In this document: in pieces, positions 41,893 to 52,530 of the stretch
Numbering within the stretch: the first letter of the stretch is position 1
Layout: each line of letters begins with the position of its first letter
From: Naegleria gruberi
Taxonomy: Eukaryota
Assembly (NCBI GenBank): GCA_000004985.1
Contig: GG738856.1
Direction: 5' to 3' (one strand)
DNA: 64,000 nt
Notes under the pieces: generated by a model
Databases searched by the model: none
What the model saw: the letters and a program-made list of their open reading frames with translations, nothing else
What the model was told of the DNA's origin: nothing
Translations under genes and position numbers: made by a program

Positions 41893-43626
41893 TTATTTCT
41901 TTGAAGTTTGATTCGTGGTGGTTGTTGGTGAAACAGAAATTCCCCTCTTTTGTTGAGATTTCTTTGTGCCAATGTCTTTAATCTTTTTAATTCTCATCTC
42001 TTTCAAGAATTCCATCGATTGCTTGAATCTCATGTGAGTATCTAACATGACAATGGAAATTTCCTTCTCCAAGTAATCGAACAAGTCTTCAGATAAGGAA
42101 TGAATTTGATGATTGGAATAAGCATCCAGTTCCATCTTGACCGATTCAATAGAGCTAGTGTTGACATTCACAGCTTTAGCACCAGTGACATCAAGGAAGG
42201 TTAAGTAAATCTCAGAGGCCAATTGGGACTTTTTAACTTCAATAGTATCCAATTCATTTTCCATTTCTGAAATTGTCTTTGGTGGTCCAGTTTTCTTCTT
42301 CTTTTCAGAGCTTGTTGTCTTGTCATTGCTTGACTTACTTCTGGAGCTTTGTTCGTTCATTTCAATGTTGGAATTGCTGTGATTCTCTGAACCATGAGCA
42401 CCAGACAATGAGGAAGGAACCGATGAGTTGGTAATTGAGGAGGCAGAACTTTCACCATCACTGAGCATTTGAACAAGTTCAATTTGATGCTCACACATTC
42501 TTCTATAAATTTGTACATGTTCCAAGAATTCAAAATTCTCACTATTGAACTCCTTCTTACAATGCTTTTGAAACAAAATTCTGAGCTTGTCATTATTCAT
42601 CACATCCATCAACTCCATAGCTTGAGCTCGTTTCAAATTACGATTATTGATAGCATCCTTCTTAATGGCAAATCCAAACACGAAGAGAATAATAGGCAAT
42701 GTCACCACAACTGCCACAGAAATAATCACCAACGAAGTAGTGGAAGCAACAAAGGCCAAGTAATTATTTCTCGTCTGTGTATCAGTCACATAGGTCATCA
42801 ACTTGTCTTGCTCAACTCTGAAAACATCTCTTGCATTGGTAAATTCGAAACTCTTGTACAATTCAATTGCTTTGGCGAAATTTCCATTTTCCATCATAAC
42901 TGCAGCATTGGAATTGTATTCTTTCATCTTGGCATACATGATTGCACCATTATTAATATATTCATTTCTGACATTTTGGTCTGATATCTGACTCAATAGA
43001 TTACTTGTCAAGGAATCCACTTGATTCGTATACTTGTAATAATAAGAAAGGTAGGAAGTATTCTGTGAATAGGCAGCTACCATCGAATAGGCATTAATCC
43101 AAGCAGCATACAAGTAGATATTTCCTCTCAATGCCAAAACATCCACATTGGTTGAAGTTTGAGCTTGCTGATTGAAAATGATTAGTCCCAAAAGTATCAG
43201 AAAGGTCAGAGTATTCACAATCATTGCAATAATCGCAAAAATTCTCACCCAACTCAAATCTAACAATCCAATATTACAACATGATAAATCCATGCGAAGT
43301 GCACCCTTGGAAACGGAGATTTTCTTGACTGTTTTGGAAGAACTTGAACTGGTTGAACTTTTGTTATCTTCATGTGCTTTATCGTGGTGTGTATGATGAT
43401 GTTGATGATGAGAATTTGAGAAGGTTGTTGATTTTTTCTTATTGGAATCGGTTGCTGGAGTTGGACTGGTTGAATTCGAATAGTTTTCATGAGGAATGGC
43501 AATGGTAAGAGTGTTAACTTCTGGGAGACTATTTGGTGTTATGGCTGCTGTGGTGGAGTATTGACTTGTTGGAAGGGTTGCAATGTCTAAAGAAGACGAA
43601 AGTTGTACAGTGTGTCCTTTCTCCAT
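41893..43626 (-). CDS. Membrane-anchored RGS-domain protein with two TM helices flanking a roughly 180-aa extracytoplasmic segment, followed by a cytoplasmic RGS domain with an insertion.
   Basis: TM1 is IFAIIAMIVNTLTFLILLGLIIF and TM2 is LVIISVAVVVTLPIILFVFGFAI. The RGS blocks are LFQKHCKKEFNSENFEFLEHVQIY ... ASEIYLTFLDVTGAKAVNVNTSSIESVKMELD ... LFDYLEKEISIVMLDTHMRFKQSMEF. Confidence 0.6.
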   Translation of the reverse strand: MEKGHTVQLSSSLDIATLPTSQYSTTAAITPNSLPEVNTLTIAIPHENYSNSTSPTPATDSNKKKSTTFSNSHHQHHHTHHDKAHEDNKSSTSSSSSKTVKKISVSKGALRMDLSCCNIGLLDLSWVRIFAIIAMIVNTLTFLILLGLIIFNQQAQTSTNVDVLALRGNIYLYAAWINAYSMVAAYSQNTSYLSYYYKYTNQVDSLTSNLLSQISDQNVRNEYINNGAIMYAKMKEYNSNAAVMMENGNFAKAIELYKSFEFTNARDVFRVEQDKLMTYVTDTQTRNNYLAFVASTTSLVIISVAVVVTLPIILFVFGFAIKKDAINNRNLKRAQAMELMDVMNNDKLRILFQKHCKKEFNSENFEFLEHVQIYRRMCEHQIELVQMLSDGESSASSITNSSVPSSLSGAHGSENHSNSNIEMNEQSSRSKSSNDKTTSSEKKKKTGPPKTISEMENELDTIEVKKSQLASEIYLTFLDVTGAKAVNVNTSSIESVKMELDAYSNHQIHSLSEDLFDYLEKEISIVMLDTHMRFKQSMEFLKEMRIKKIKDIGTKKSQQKRGISVSPTTTTNQTSKK

Positions 43627-44597
43627 TCTAATTGTTTCGAATAAAAGTTTGTATGTGAAAAAGTTGAGTTGTGTTGTATGTTAATAGTCTATGTAAACGA
43701 ATGCAGTTGAGCCTACGAGTATCGTTTTATGTTTTTTTTGAATATTTGCTTTGTGTTTACACTTCTCTGTGTTTCAACTAATTTCGTCTAGTTTAATTAG
43801 GCAATTAGAGCAGGTTGACCAATCCATAAAAGTAATATTTAACGACAAAGCACAATTTGTAATAAATGTTGTAGGGCTTCCGAAATATAATTGTACATAC
43901 AAAACTGCATTAGGTTTCGAATAATCAAAATAAATTATTAGAAATGGTTCCGCGTACTTAGATACGCTTGGATACTCTCTTGTTTTGCCCAAATTTAAAC
44001 TAATTCAAAACATTGTAACAATCCTATCTTCAAATACTATTATCAAGTATTGGTATTCGTATAGTTTCCGATAAAAATCAAAGACTATTCTAATTGATTG
44101 AATTCACAGTTTCATGGTAAATTTTATTGTAAATTTATTAGAAGATTCAGTTACATTATTTAATAAATGAATAGTTTAAGGAAATTAATGATTTCCAAAT
44201 ATGTTTCGAATATTTGGCAGATTGAAATTGAACAACGAACCACATGTGAAATTTACTTTATTTTGGATGTGAAATTAAACACATTGCAAATTGGTTGTCA
44301 TGACTTCCATTTTCAGATGTTTGGCCCAAATAAAAACCTTCATGAATAACTTTCCTAATACATTCGTGCATCCCATTCATGGAATTCCACTCATTGTATT
44401 TCTCATAATATCAGGTTTTGAAAGTTCTATCAATGTGAACGCAAGCTATTCGAAAGAATAAATACAAGTTTCTCTACTGAGATCTTCTGTTAAAAGTTTA
44501 TCTAAACTACCTCCCTCATAAAATTTCATTAATGTGTTCCGTTTCCATGGAATTCATTGAAAGGTCAGTATGGTTTTATTTTCATTATTTTGAAATT

Positions 44598-45183
44598 TTA
44601 AAGACCACGAAGAAAGCAAAACTTTTCAACTTCTTTAAAGAAACTTCCAATATTTGAATGAGAATAAGCAAATAGAGTTGTTTTGAGCTGTGCCTTTTCA
44701 AACTTGTTTTCTTTGTGTTCAATTTTCTTTCTATTCAACAAGCCAACTCCCCAACACTCCACCAGAATAATTTCATCACCTTCCCTTCTCAAATTATATT
44801 GACTCATAGTAACATGACTCATTATAGTTCCAAAGACCCACTTATCCAAATCAGCCAAATCTATAGTCGGATAACTTTCCTGATGACCTTGAAAATTGGT
44901 ACAGGTAATTTTGGAGTGAGCAGGATTCAATTCAAAAACATAATTGTATTCATCCTGAATAATTACCTCAACCCTCATTGGATATTGACTCGGAACTGAA
45001 TAGGCTTGATACATTGGAGTTGGAATTTGATAAGCTATTGCATATTTGCTACCCTTGAATGAGCCATCTTAATGGATGAATATATTACCAGATTAATGAT
45101 CTTCACCAATCTATATATATTTGATAATACCTACCTTCCTCCCAGACGCTTGTCCATAATCCATCAGATGATGTATTGCCCAT
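44598..45183 (-). CDS. Hypothetical N-myristoylated (MGNTSS-) protein in 2 exons: 45183..45135 and 45067..44598.
   Basis: Exon 1 is MGNTSSDGLWTSVWEE+G with a GTAGGT donor. A 67-nt intron ends ..attaag. Exon 2 joins in phase to give ...DGSFKGSKYAIAYQIPTPMYQAYSVPSQYPMRVEV.... The ORF track begins only at the internal Met. Confidence 0.45.
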
Positions 45184-45353
45184 CTTTCTTGTTTTTTTTT
45201 ATGAAAGGAATTTACGATTAATGATGATGAACTTGAGGAACAATTTAGTGACCAAATTGGGGTGCAACTAAGGCATCAATGAAATTGATCTTCCTTAGTG
45301 ATAATTCTATTGAAGATTTAATTGAGATCTATTTGAGAATAACTGAATGGATT

Positions 45354-46466
45354 TTAGAAACACTTTCTATGAACGATTGATGCTCCAAACTCTTCATATT
45401 CTTCTTTTAATATCCAGGGCAGTGAATCGAAAGATTCTGACGATGCCAAAATTGATCCGCCAATCCATGATGAATATCTTCTATCTGGTAAAGCATGAAC
45501 ATTAATATTGATTGAGGATGGAGCCAAATTAGTTAGCTCCTTATTTAGTCTCTCACTAAAACCCTTAAACAAGGTATTTCCACCTCCTAATCCAATATTA
45601 TTGTATAGTTCTTTTCGAATATCAATTTCACAATATCCTATTGATCGATAAATAATTTCATGAATTCCATTACATTCCATGCCAATCAATGATGGCTGGA
45701 ACATTATTTCAGTACACTGAAATCTTTCACTTGGCCCAATATCAATTTGCGTTCCATCAGGTAATTCAAATTTAGTTTTCTCGTCACTATTCATCTCTAA
45801 TTCAAAATTTAAAGCAACTTCACAGGCATTCTCCTTAATATTATTAATAATTATTTCTTCAGTAATTGAATGTCCACTCTCCATCAATATCTTTTCCAAA
45901 TATTTGCTCACATCTCCACCAGCCAAATCCAGTTCAATCACGGCATTCCTCAGTACATACCCTTCGTAAACAGGAACCACAATTGAGATTCCACCTCCAG
46001 ATTCTAACATCACACCACTCACTTGATTCATACTACACAGTGATAAGACCGCATTAACAGCAATGCAAAATGCAGGAATATTAAACGTTTCAAACAATGT
46101 CTCAGTCATCTTCTCTCTATTCACCTTTGAATTCATTGCCGATTCACTTATCAGCATTGGATGTTCCTCTGGAGAAATTTGCAATTCATTGTAAAGTGAA
46201 TGGTGCAACAACTTTTCAAATCCATCCCAGTCAATAATGATGCTTCTACTAATAGGAAACTTTGGTAATTGATTTCGGAGCCTCCAACTCTCAGGCTCCT
46301 CTCCGACATAAAGATCATGAGTTCCTGGTGTTATTGGAACATTCTTTTCATTGGGTTTTCCAATTATTGAAGGGAAAACAGCTCTCGGAGCATCATCACC
46401 TGCGAAACCAACTTTCATGAAGGAAGATCCATAGTCAATGACGATGGCTTGCACATCTAGTGACAT
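45354..46466 (-). CDS. Divergent actin-related protein (actin/Arp family).
   Basis: The N-terminus AIVIDYGSSFMKVGFAGDDAPRAVFPSIIG matches the actin start ALV.DNGSG..KAGFAGDDAPRAVFPSIVG. There is actin-fold colinearity throughout, for example WDGFEKLLHHSLYNELQISPEEHPMLISE. Confidence 0.7.
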   Translation of the reverse strand: MSLDVQAIVIDYGSSFMKVGFAGDDAPRAVFPSIIGKPNEKNVPITPGTHDLYVGEEPESWRLRNQLPKFPISRSIIIDWDGFEKLLHHSLYNELQISPEEHPMLISESAMNSKVNREKMTETLFETFNIPAFCIAVNAVLSLCSMNQVSGVMLESGGGISIVVPVYEGYVLRNAVIELDLAGGDVSKYLEKILMESGHSITEEIIINNIKENACEVALNFELEMNSDEKTKFELPDGTQIDIGPSERFQCTEIMFQPSLIGMECNGIHEIIYRSIGYCEIDIRKELYNNIGLGGGNTLFKGFSERLNKELTNLAPSSININVHALPDRRYSSWIGGSILASSESFDSLPWILKEEYEEFGASIVHRKCF

Positions 46467-46506
46467 TTTTTTCAAGTTCACCAAACTTTGCAAAAAGAAA
46501 ATTATA

Positions 46507-46579
46507 TGCTGACGGACGGGATCGAACCGGCGACCAATGGCTTATTAGACCAACGCTCTACCGACTGAGCTACGCCAGC
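46507..46579 (-). tRNA. tRNA-Ile (anticodon AAT).
   Basis: The reverse complement GCTGGCGTAGCTCAGTCGGTAGAGCGTTGGTCTAATAAGCCATTGGTCGCCGGTTCGATCCCGTCCGTCAGCa folds as a cloverleaf. The anticodon loop is CTAATAA and the T-loop is TTCGATC. It closely resembles eukaryotic tRNA-Ile(AAU). There is one mismatch each in the anticodon stem and the T-stem. Confidence 0.7.
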
Positions 46580-46769
46580 TTCACATTCACACTAAATGTA
46601 TTATTGATAAATGCATAAACGACCATTGTATTCATATCAAAGCTTCAATAATTATTAACCATCATAATATTTCTTATTTTGAAATTTACAAAAAAGGTTT
46701 GTTACAGAACAAGCTTCCTTTTTAGCACTTTAAAAACCCAAAATGTTTCTTTTTAAAACTTAAAAAAAA

Positions 46770-48203
46770 ATGTACAAACACCAACTCTACCTCATCAAGA
46801 AGTCAACAACAACACTTCATCACAACAAAACTCTCGGAACTCTCAGTAATCAAGTGAGAAATGTATCAAACTTTACAACACCACAACTTGTTAAACATTT
46901 AAAAAGACATCATCAACACAGAGGATCGATTGTATTTAATTATGATCAAATTGTGAGTGGAGAACCAAAATACAAACTCTCTCATTCATCAATGGAACCA
47001 CTCTTGGAATATATCTTGTCTAAGAATGGTGCGGATGGACATGTAAATCATCAAGCCTTGTTTTTGGAAATTTCACCAGTCTCTCAAAGTTTATTCGGAT
47101 GTTTTATTCATAATACTAATAGAGGACTTGCTCAGGGTAATGTAGATTTGTGGCATTATCCAAATGCTTCAGAATTTGTGAGTGATGGTTTAAAACAAAG
47201 TGAATATGCTGCTAGAAAGATGGCTTTGACAAATCAATTCTGGGGAGGTGGAAAAGGAATTATTCAAACCAATCCAGATTTGGATTATTCAAATTATGAA
47301 GTTAGAAGAACTGTCATGAACGAGTTTGGAAGTTTTGTGTCATCTTTGAGAGGTGTTTTCTATGCTCAGGAAGGTTTTGGAATTCAACCAAATGATATGG
47401 CTCACATCTTTGAAAAGACTCGTTTCACTACCAGTATTCCTAAAAAGTTTGGAGGTAATGGAAATATTTCTCCATCGTTTTCAAGCAAGATTGTAATTAA
47501 TACAATGGAATCTGCCTTGTCACATGTAAATTTGGGAAATTTGTCTGGTAAAATTGTTGCCATTCAAGGATTTAATAAGGAAACTGAAGGCATCATTTCG
47601 AGCCTCTTGAGAGAAAAACATTCCCTTAAAGTTATTCTCACAGAAACTGATCCACTCAAAATTAAGACTGTCAAGGGTTTGTTTGCTGAGGAAGTTAACG
47701 ATCAAAGATTGGATGTGAGATTGGTCTTTGAAGATCAAGATTCAATTCTCAATTTGGACGTAGACATTTTATATCCTTCATCTGGAACTATCTTTAATTC
47801 TTCCAACATTCCTCTCGTTAATGCAAAGATTATTTGTGGAGTTTCTCAATCTCAATTTGAAGATGCTTCTAATGAAAGACAATTGAGAGAAAATGGTGTC
47901 ATTCTCATTCCTTCTCTCCTAACCAAAACCTCAAACTTTTCAGCAGTGAATGAAATTTATGGTATCATTCCAAACAATGATCCAGAAATTACCAAAATGT
48001 TTTCCAAAGATTATGAATATTCCATTTACAATACTGTCAAGAAAGTTATCGAATTATCAGAGCAAAACAAAATCTCCACCCAAAATGCTGCTTTCGAATT
48101 GGCTGATAAGAAAATTAATGAACCCCATCCATTCATTCCACTCAGAGGTTCTCAAATCATTCACTCACTTGTTTCTGATGAATGGCATTTGCAATTACAA
48201 TAA
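46770..48203 (+). CDS. Leucine/phenylalanine-dehydrogenase-like (Glu/Leu/Phe/Val dehydrogenase family) protein with degenerate cofactor and substrate motifs.
   Basis: It is colinear with bacterial LeuDH: [16 protein letters not shown] vs NLGGGKTVIIGDPRKD (the catalytic Lys block). [29 protein letters not shown] vs [46 protein letters not shown] vs LEGKVVAVQGVGNVAYH, where the GxGxxG is replaced by [18 protein letters not shown] vs KAKVIAGSANNQ. Confidence 0.6.
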   Translation: [477 protein letters not shown]

Positions 48204-48312
48204 TTCTGTTCCATCCATCCACAATAAAAACTTGTATTGAGAATTGTTAGATGATATGATTACATGCAAGTGGTGGTTACAAAGTTCATCCTCATTAAAA
48301 TTCCAAAAAAAA

Positions 48313-48906
48313 ATGATAATTCCACATCCCGAAAGTCAACCTGATGAGATTATTGAAAATATTCTTAATTTTCTTCCTCCAGAAAGTTTATTGAAAGTTT
48401 CGTCTACTTGCAAACAATTTAGAAGAATTTGGAAAGAAACTCCTAACGGAATTGTGTATAATATGATCATTGAATTGAACTATTCCTTTAAGAAACTATC
48501 CTATTCTATGAAAGAGCAACTAGATGTTACAAAATTTGCAAAAGAAACTATTTGTAGAATATCAGAAAATCTAGAAAACAAACACAAAGAAACACGACAC
48601 TATGAATTTATTTCTAAATTTGGAGAAATGGATCTGTCAGAAAATTTAAAAAGTGCCATTTCAAAAATTGACAGAGTTGATTATGGAGAAGAGTCAAAAT
48701 ATTATGATTGGAGAAATGGAATGACACATGCAATGGAAATATCCTTTGGTCAACTAGGAATTGTGAGATATTGGGAATGGGAATACCAACAAGGTTGTCA
48801 TTGGGACTCGAACGAATCAAGTGTCATGAATAACAAGTTGAAAGATTTGAATTTAACAAATGATGACTACTTTATTCGAATATATTACAAAATATTGCAA
48901 TGCTAA
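48313..48906 (+). CDS. F-box protein.
   Basis: The F-box is PDEIIENILNFLPPESLLKVSSTCKQFRRIW. The ATG is in an aaaaaaaaATG context. Confidence 0.6.
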   Translation: MIIPHPESQPDEIIENILNFLPPESLLKVSSTCKQFRRIWKETPNGIVYNMIIELNYSFKKLSYSMKEQLDVTKFAKETICRISENLENKHKETRHYEFISKFGEMDLSENLKSAISKIDRVDYGEESKYYDWRNGMTHAMEISFGQLGIVRYWEWEYQQGCHWDSNESSVMNNKLKDLNLTNDDYFIRIYYKILQC

Positions 48907-49315
48907 AACATGTAGTCTTGAAATTTCTAGATTTGAAATTTTGGGAGGAGGTGGAATCTCTGTTTTACAATCATGAATTGGTCTTTAATTTTAGTGATAT
49001 TTTGTAAATTTAGTTTTCTGAAATATTCGAATAGGATGTTTCTTCTTAATTTTTCCCAATTTCGTCTTTTATTGGAACAGTTGACGACAAGTATTTAACT
49101 CTCATTTCCAATAAAACAAATATTCAAATCAGTCAAGTGTTTCATTTCGCTAACGTGTTTAGCTCCTTCACTTCCACCAATATCAAGCAGAACTCATTTC
49201 ACTCAAATATTTAACTCCTTATAGAGCAGTCTGCAAAGACCTCGAGATTGGTAGAGGAAACTCATATTAAATTATGGAATATAAAAGTATATTATGTTAA
49301 TATTACTATGAGAGA

Positions 49316-50433
49316 TTAAATATAGAATTCATTAAGTGATGTTAATAATTTTGCTTCATCACTAATTCGATTGGCATAAACATAGAGTGATGTTAATTGT
49401 TTCATTCCACTTATGAACTTGGCTCCTTCATCACCAATTTCATTGTAACATATATCAAGTGATGTTAATTGTTTCATTTCACTTATCAATTTGGCTCCTT
49501 CATCAAGAATTATATTGTTAGAAATATTAAGTGATGTTAATTGTTTCATTCCACTGATGAATTCGGCTCCTTCATCATAAATTAGATTGTTAGAAATATC
49601 AAGTGATGTTAATTGTTTCATTTCACTTATGAATTTGGCTCCTTCAACACCCATTGGATTGCTAGAAATATCAAGTGATGTTAATTGTTTAATCTCGCTT
49701 AGATATTTGGCTCCTTTATCATCAATTCCACTCTTATAAATAGTAAGTGATGTTAATTGTTTCATTTCACTTATCAATTTGGCTCCTTCATCACTAATTT
49801 CATTCTTAGAAATATTAAGTGATGTTAATTGTTTCATTCCACTTATGAGTTTGGCTCCTTCAACACCAATTTCATTCTTAGAAATATCAAGTGATGTTAA
49901 TTGTTTCATTTCACTTATAGATTTGACTCCTTCATCATAAATTAGATTTCCAGAAATATCAAGTGATGTTAATTGTTTCATTTCACTTATTAATTTGGCT
50001 CCTTCAACACCAATTCCATTCTTAAAAATATTAAGTGATGTTAATTGTTTCATTTCACTTATTAATTTGGCTCCTTCTACACCAATTTGATTGTCAGAAA
50101 TATCAAGTGATGTCAATTGTTTAATCTCACTTATGAATTTGCCTCCTTCTACACCAATTTCATTGACACCAATACTAAGTGATGTTAATTGTTTCATTTC
50201 ACTTATGTATTTGGCTCCTTCCACACCAATTTCATTGTAATATATATAAAGTGATGTTAATTGTTTCATTTCACTTATGTATTTGGATCCTTCTACACCA
50301 ATTCGATTATTACATATATTAAGTGATGTTAATTGTTTCATTTCACTTATGGGTTTGGCTCCTTCATCACCAATTCGATTGTTAGAAATATCAAGTGATG
50401 TTAATTGTTTCATTTCACTTATGAATTTAGCTC
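49316..50433 (-). CDS. RNI-type leucine-rich-repeat protein, C-terminal part. Its 5' end is lost in the 655-N gap.
   Basis: There are 15 or more near-identical 24-aa repeats of the form MKQLTSLDISxNxIGVEGAKLISE. The stop is at 49316. Confidence 0.7.
49370..50433. repeat. Tandem array of 72-nt units of about 85-95% nucleotide identity (coding LRR units), abutting the assembly gap.
   Basis: Recurring blocks gtgatgttaattgtttcatttcacttat(g/c)aatttggctccttca...aatatcaa are visible every 72 nt. Confidence 0.8.
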
Positions 50434-51088
50434 NNNNNNNNNNNNNNNNNNNNNNNNNNNNNNNNNNNNNNNNNNNNNNNNNNNNNNNNNNNNNNNNNNN
50501 NNNNNNNNNNNNNNNNNNNNNNNNNNNNNNNNNNNNNNNNNNNNNNNNNNNNNNNNNNNNNNNNNNNNNNNNNNNNNNNNNNNNNNNNNNNNNNNNNNNN
50601 NNNNNNNNNNNNNNNNNNNNNNNNNNNNNNNNNNNNNNNNNNNNNNNNNNNNNNNNNNNNNNNNNNNNNNNNNNNNNNNNNNNNNNNNNNNNNNNNNNNN
50701 NNNNNNNNNNNNNNNNNNNNNNNNNNNNNNNNNNNNNNNNNNNNNNNNNNNNNNNNNNNNNNNNNNNNNNNNNNNNNNNNNNNNNNNNNNNNNNNNNNNN
50801 NNNNNNNNNNNNNNNNNNNNNNNNNNNNNNNNNNNNNNNNNNNNNNNNNNNNNNNNNNNNNNNNNNNNNNNNNNNNNNNNNNNNNNNNNNNNNNNNNNNN
50901 NNNNNNNNNNNNNNNNNNNNNNNNNNNNNNNNNNNNNNNNNNNNNNNNNNNNNNNNNNNNNNNNNNNNNNNNNNNNNNNNNNNNNNNNNNNNNNNNNNNN
51001 NNNNNNNNNNNNNNNNNNNNNNNNNNNNNNNNNNNNNNNNNNNNNNNNNNNNNNNNNNNNNNNNNNNNNNNNNNNNNNNNNNNNNNNN
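50434..51088. other. Assembly gap (655 N) inside or next to a tandem LRR gene array.
   Basis: Run of n flanked by near-identical 72-nt repeats. Confidence 0.99.
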
Positions 51089-51148
51089 AGGCTTTGGAAA
51101 ATAACAAGGAATTTTAGTGAAATCAAATGAAAATACAGAATTGGAGTT

Positions 51149-52486
51149 TTAACAAAAGTAGAAATTTATCAAATCTGGAAGTTTTGAAAGCAATTCCAAT
51201 GAATCATCATTCACTGGATTGTTACAAATATCCAATTGAGTTAATTGATGCATTTGAGCAAGTGATTCAGCTCCATCATTTCCAACTCTATTGTCATTTA
51301 TCAAAAGTTCAGTCAATTTGGACATTCCAATAATTAAACCCGTTCCAATATCACCAATTTCATTCTCTCCAATGTCAAGATATAATAATTGGTCCAATTT
51401 ACTTATTGACTTCATTCCCTCATCGCCAATTTCATTGGTATTGATATCTAATTTTGTGAGTTGACTCAATTTGCTTAATGACTTGGCACCTTCTCCGCTA
51501 ATTCGATTATGAGAAATGTCAAGTTCAGTCAATTGTTCCATTATTCCAATATAGTGAGCTCCTTCGTTGCCAAGTACATTGTATCGAATATTAAGTTTAG
51601 TCAATTGATACATTTCACTAATAGCTTTGGATCCATAAGAGCCAATTTCATTATGACTAATTTCTAAGGTGGTCAATTGCTTCATCTCACTAATCAACCT
51701 TGCTCCTTCATCTCCAATTTTACAAGAGCTGATATTAAGGCAAATTAAATTATTGATGTGAAAAAGTGATTTAATGCCCTCAACTCCAATGTGATTTTCA
51801 GAAATTGAAAGATTGGTCAATTTGGTCATCCCACCAATATAACTGGCACCTTCATTGCCTATAAAATTGTTACTGATGTCGAGATCAGTTAATTGAGTCA
51901 TTTCACATATTGATTTGGTTCCTCCTGCATTGATATTGTTTCTGCTAATATTTAGTTTGGTCAATTGAGTCATTTCTCTAATAATTTTTGAACCTCTTTC
52001 AAGTAATTGATTATTGCTGATATCAAGGTCGGCCAAATGAGCGAGATTGCTTATCATATTGGCTCCCTCTGCATTTACCAACCATGAACTAACATCAAGT
52101 TTAGTTAATTTTCCACACATTCGAATAAAATTGCACAACTTTACAGTATCGCTAACTAATGTACCTATTCCAATTTTCATACTCGAAAAACATTCCAAGA
52201 ATTGACTCTTTCTCATCAAGTCAAACATTTCATCATTCCAATGATCCTTGTCAATGTAGTACTGAAATTCAATTGACAGTTTGGCATGCCGTTTAATACC
52301 TGCCATCCACTGCTTGGAAATTAGTACACAACTAGAGAGTATAAATTTCCAATCTCCGTTCAAATAGTTAATTATTTCATAGCAAATGTCATCAGAGAAT
52401 ATTTGATGGCTATCGGAAGGAATTTCAATCTCATAAAACATCTGATGTTTATCAAAAGCAAAATCTTCGGCTGGTAATTGATACAT
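51149..52486 (-). CDS. F-box-like N-terminus plus RNI-type LRR protein.
   Basis: IFSDDICYEIINYLNGDWKFILSSCVLISKQWMAGI is an F-box-like N-terminus. More than 10 repeats of the form QLTxLDISxNxIGxEGAxxIS follow. Confidence 0.75.
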   Translation of the reverse strand: MYQLPAEDFAFDKHQMFYEIEIPSDSHQIFSDDICYEIINYLNGDWKFILSSCVLISKQWMAGIKRHAKLSIEFQYYIDKDHWNDEMFDLMRKSQFLECFSSMKIGIGTLVSDTVKLCNFIRMCGKLTKLDVSSWLVNAEGANMISNLAHLADLDISNNQLLERGSKIIREMTQLTKLNISRNNINAGGTKSICEMTQLTDLDISNNFIGNEGASYIGGMTKLTNLSISENHIGVEGIKSLFHINNLICLNISSCKIGDEGARLISEMKQLTTLEISHNEIGSYGSKAISEMYQLTKLNIRYNVLGNEGAHYIGIMEQLTELDISHNRISGEGAKSLSKLSQLTKLDINTNEIGDEGMKSISKLDQLLYLDIGENEIGDIGTGLIIGMSKLTELLINDNRVGNDGAESLAQMHQLTQLDICNNPVNDDSLELLSKLPDLINFYFC

Positions 52487-52530
52487 TTTTTTGAATCTCT
52501 AACAATATTTGTAAAGTAGCACAAATCATT

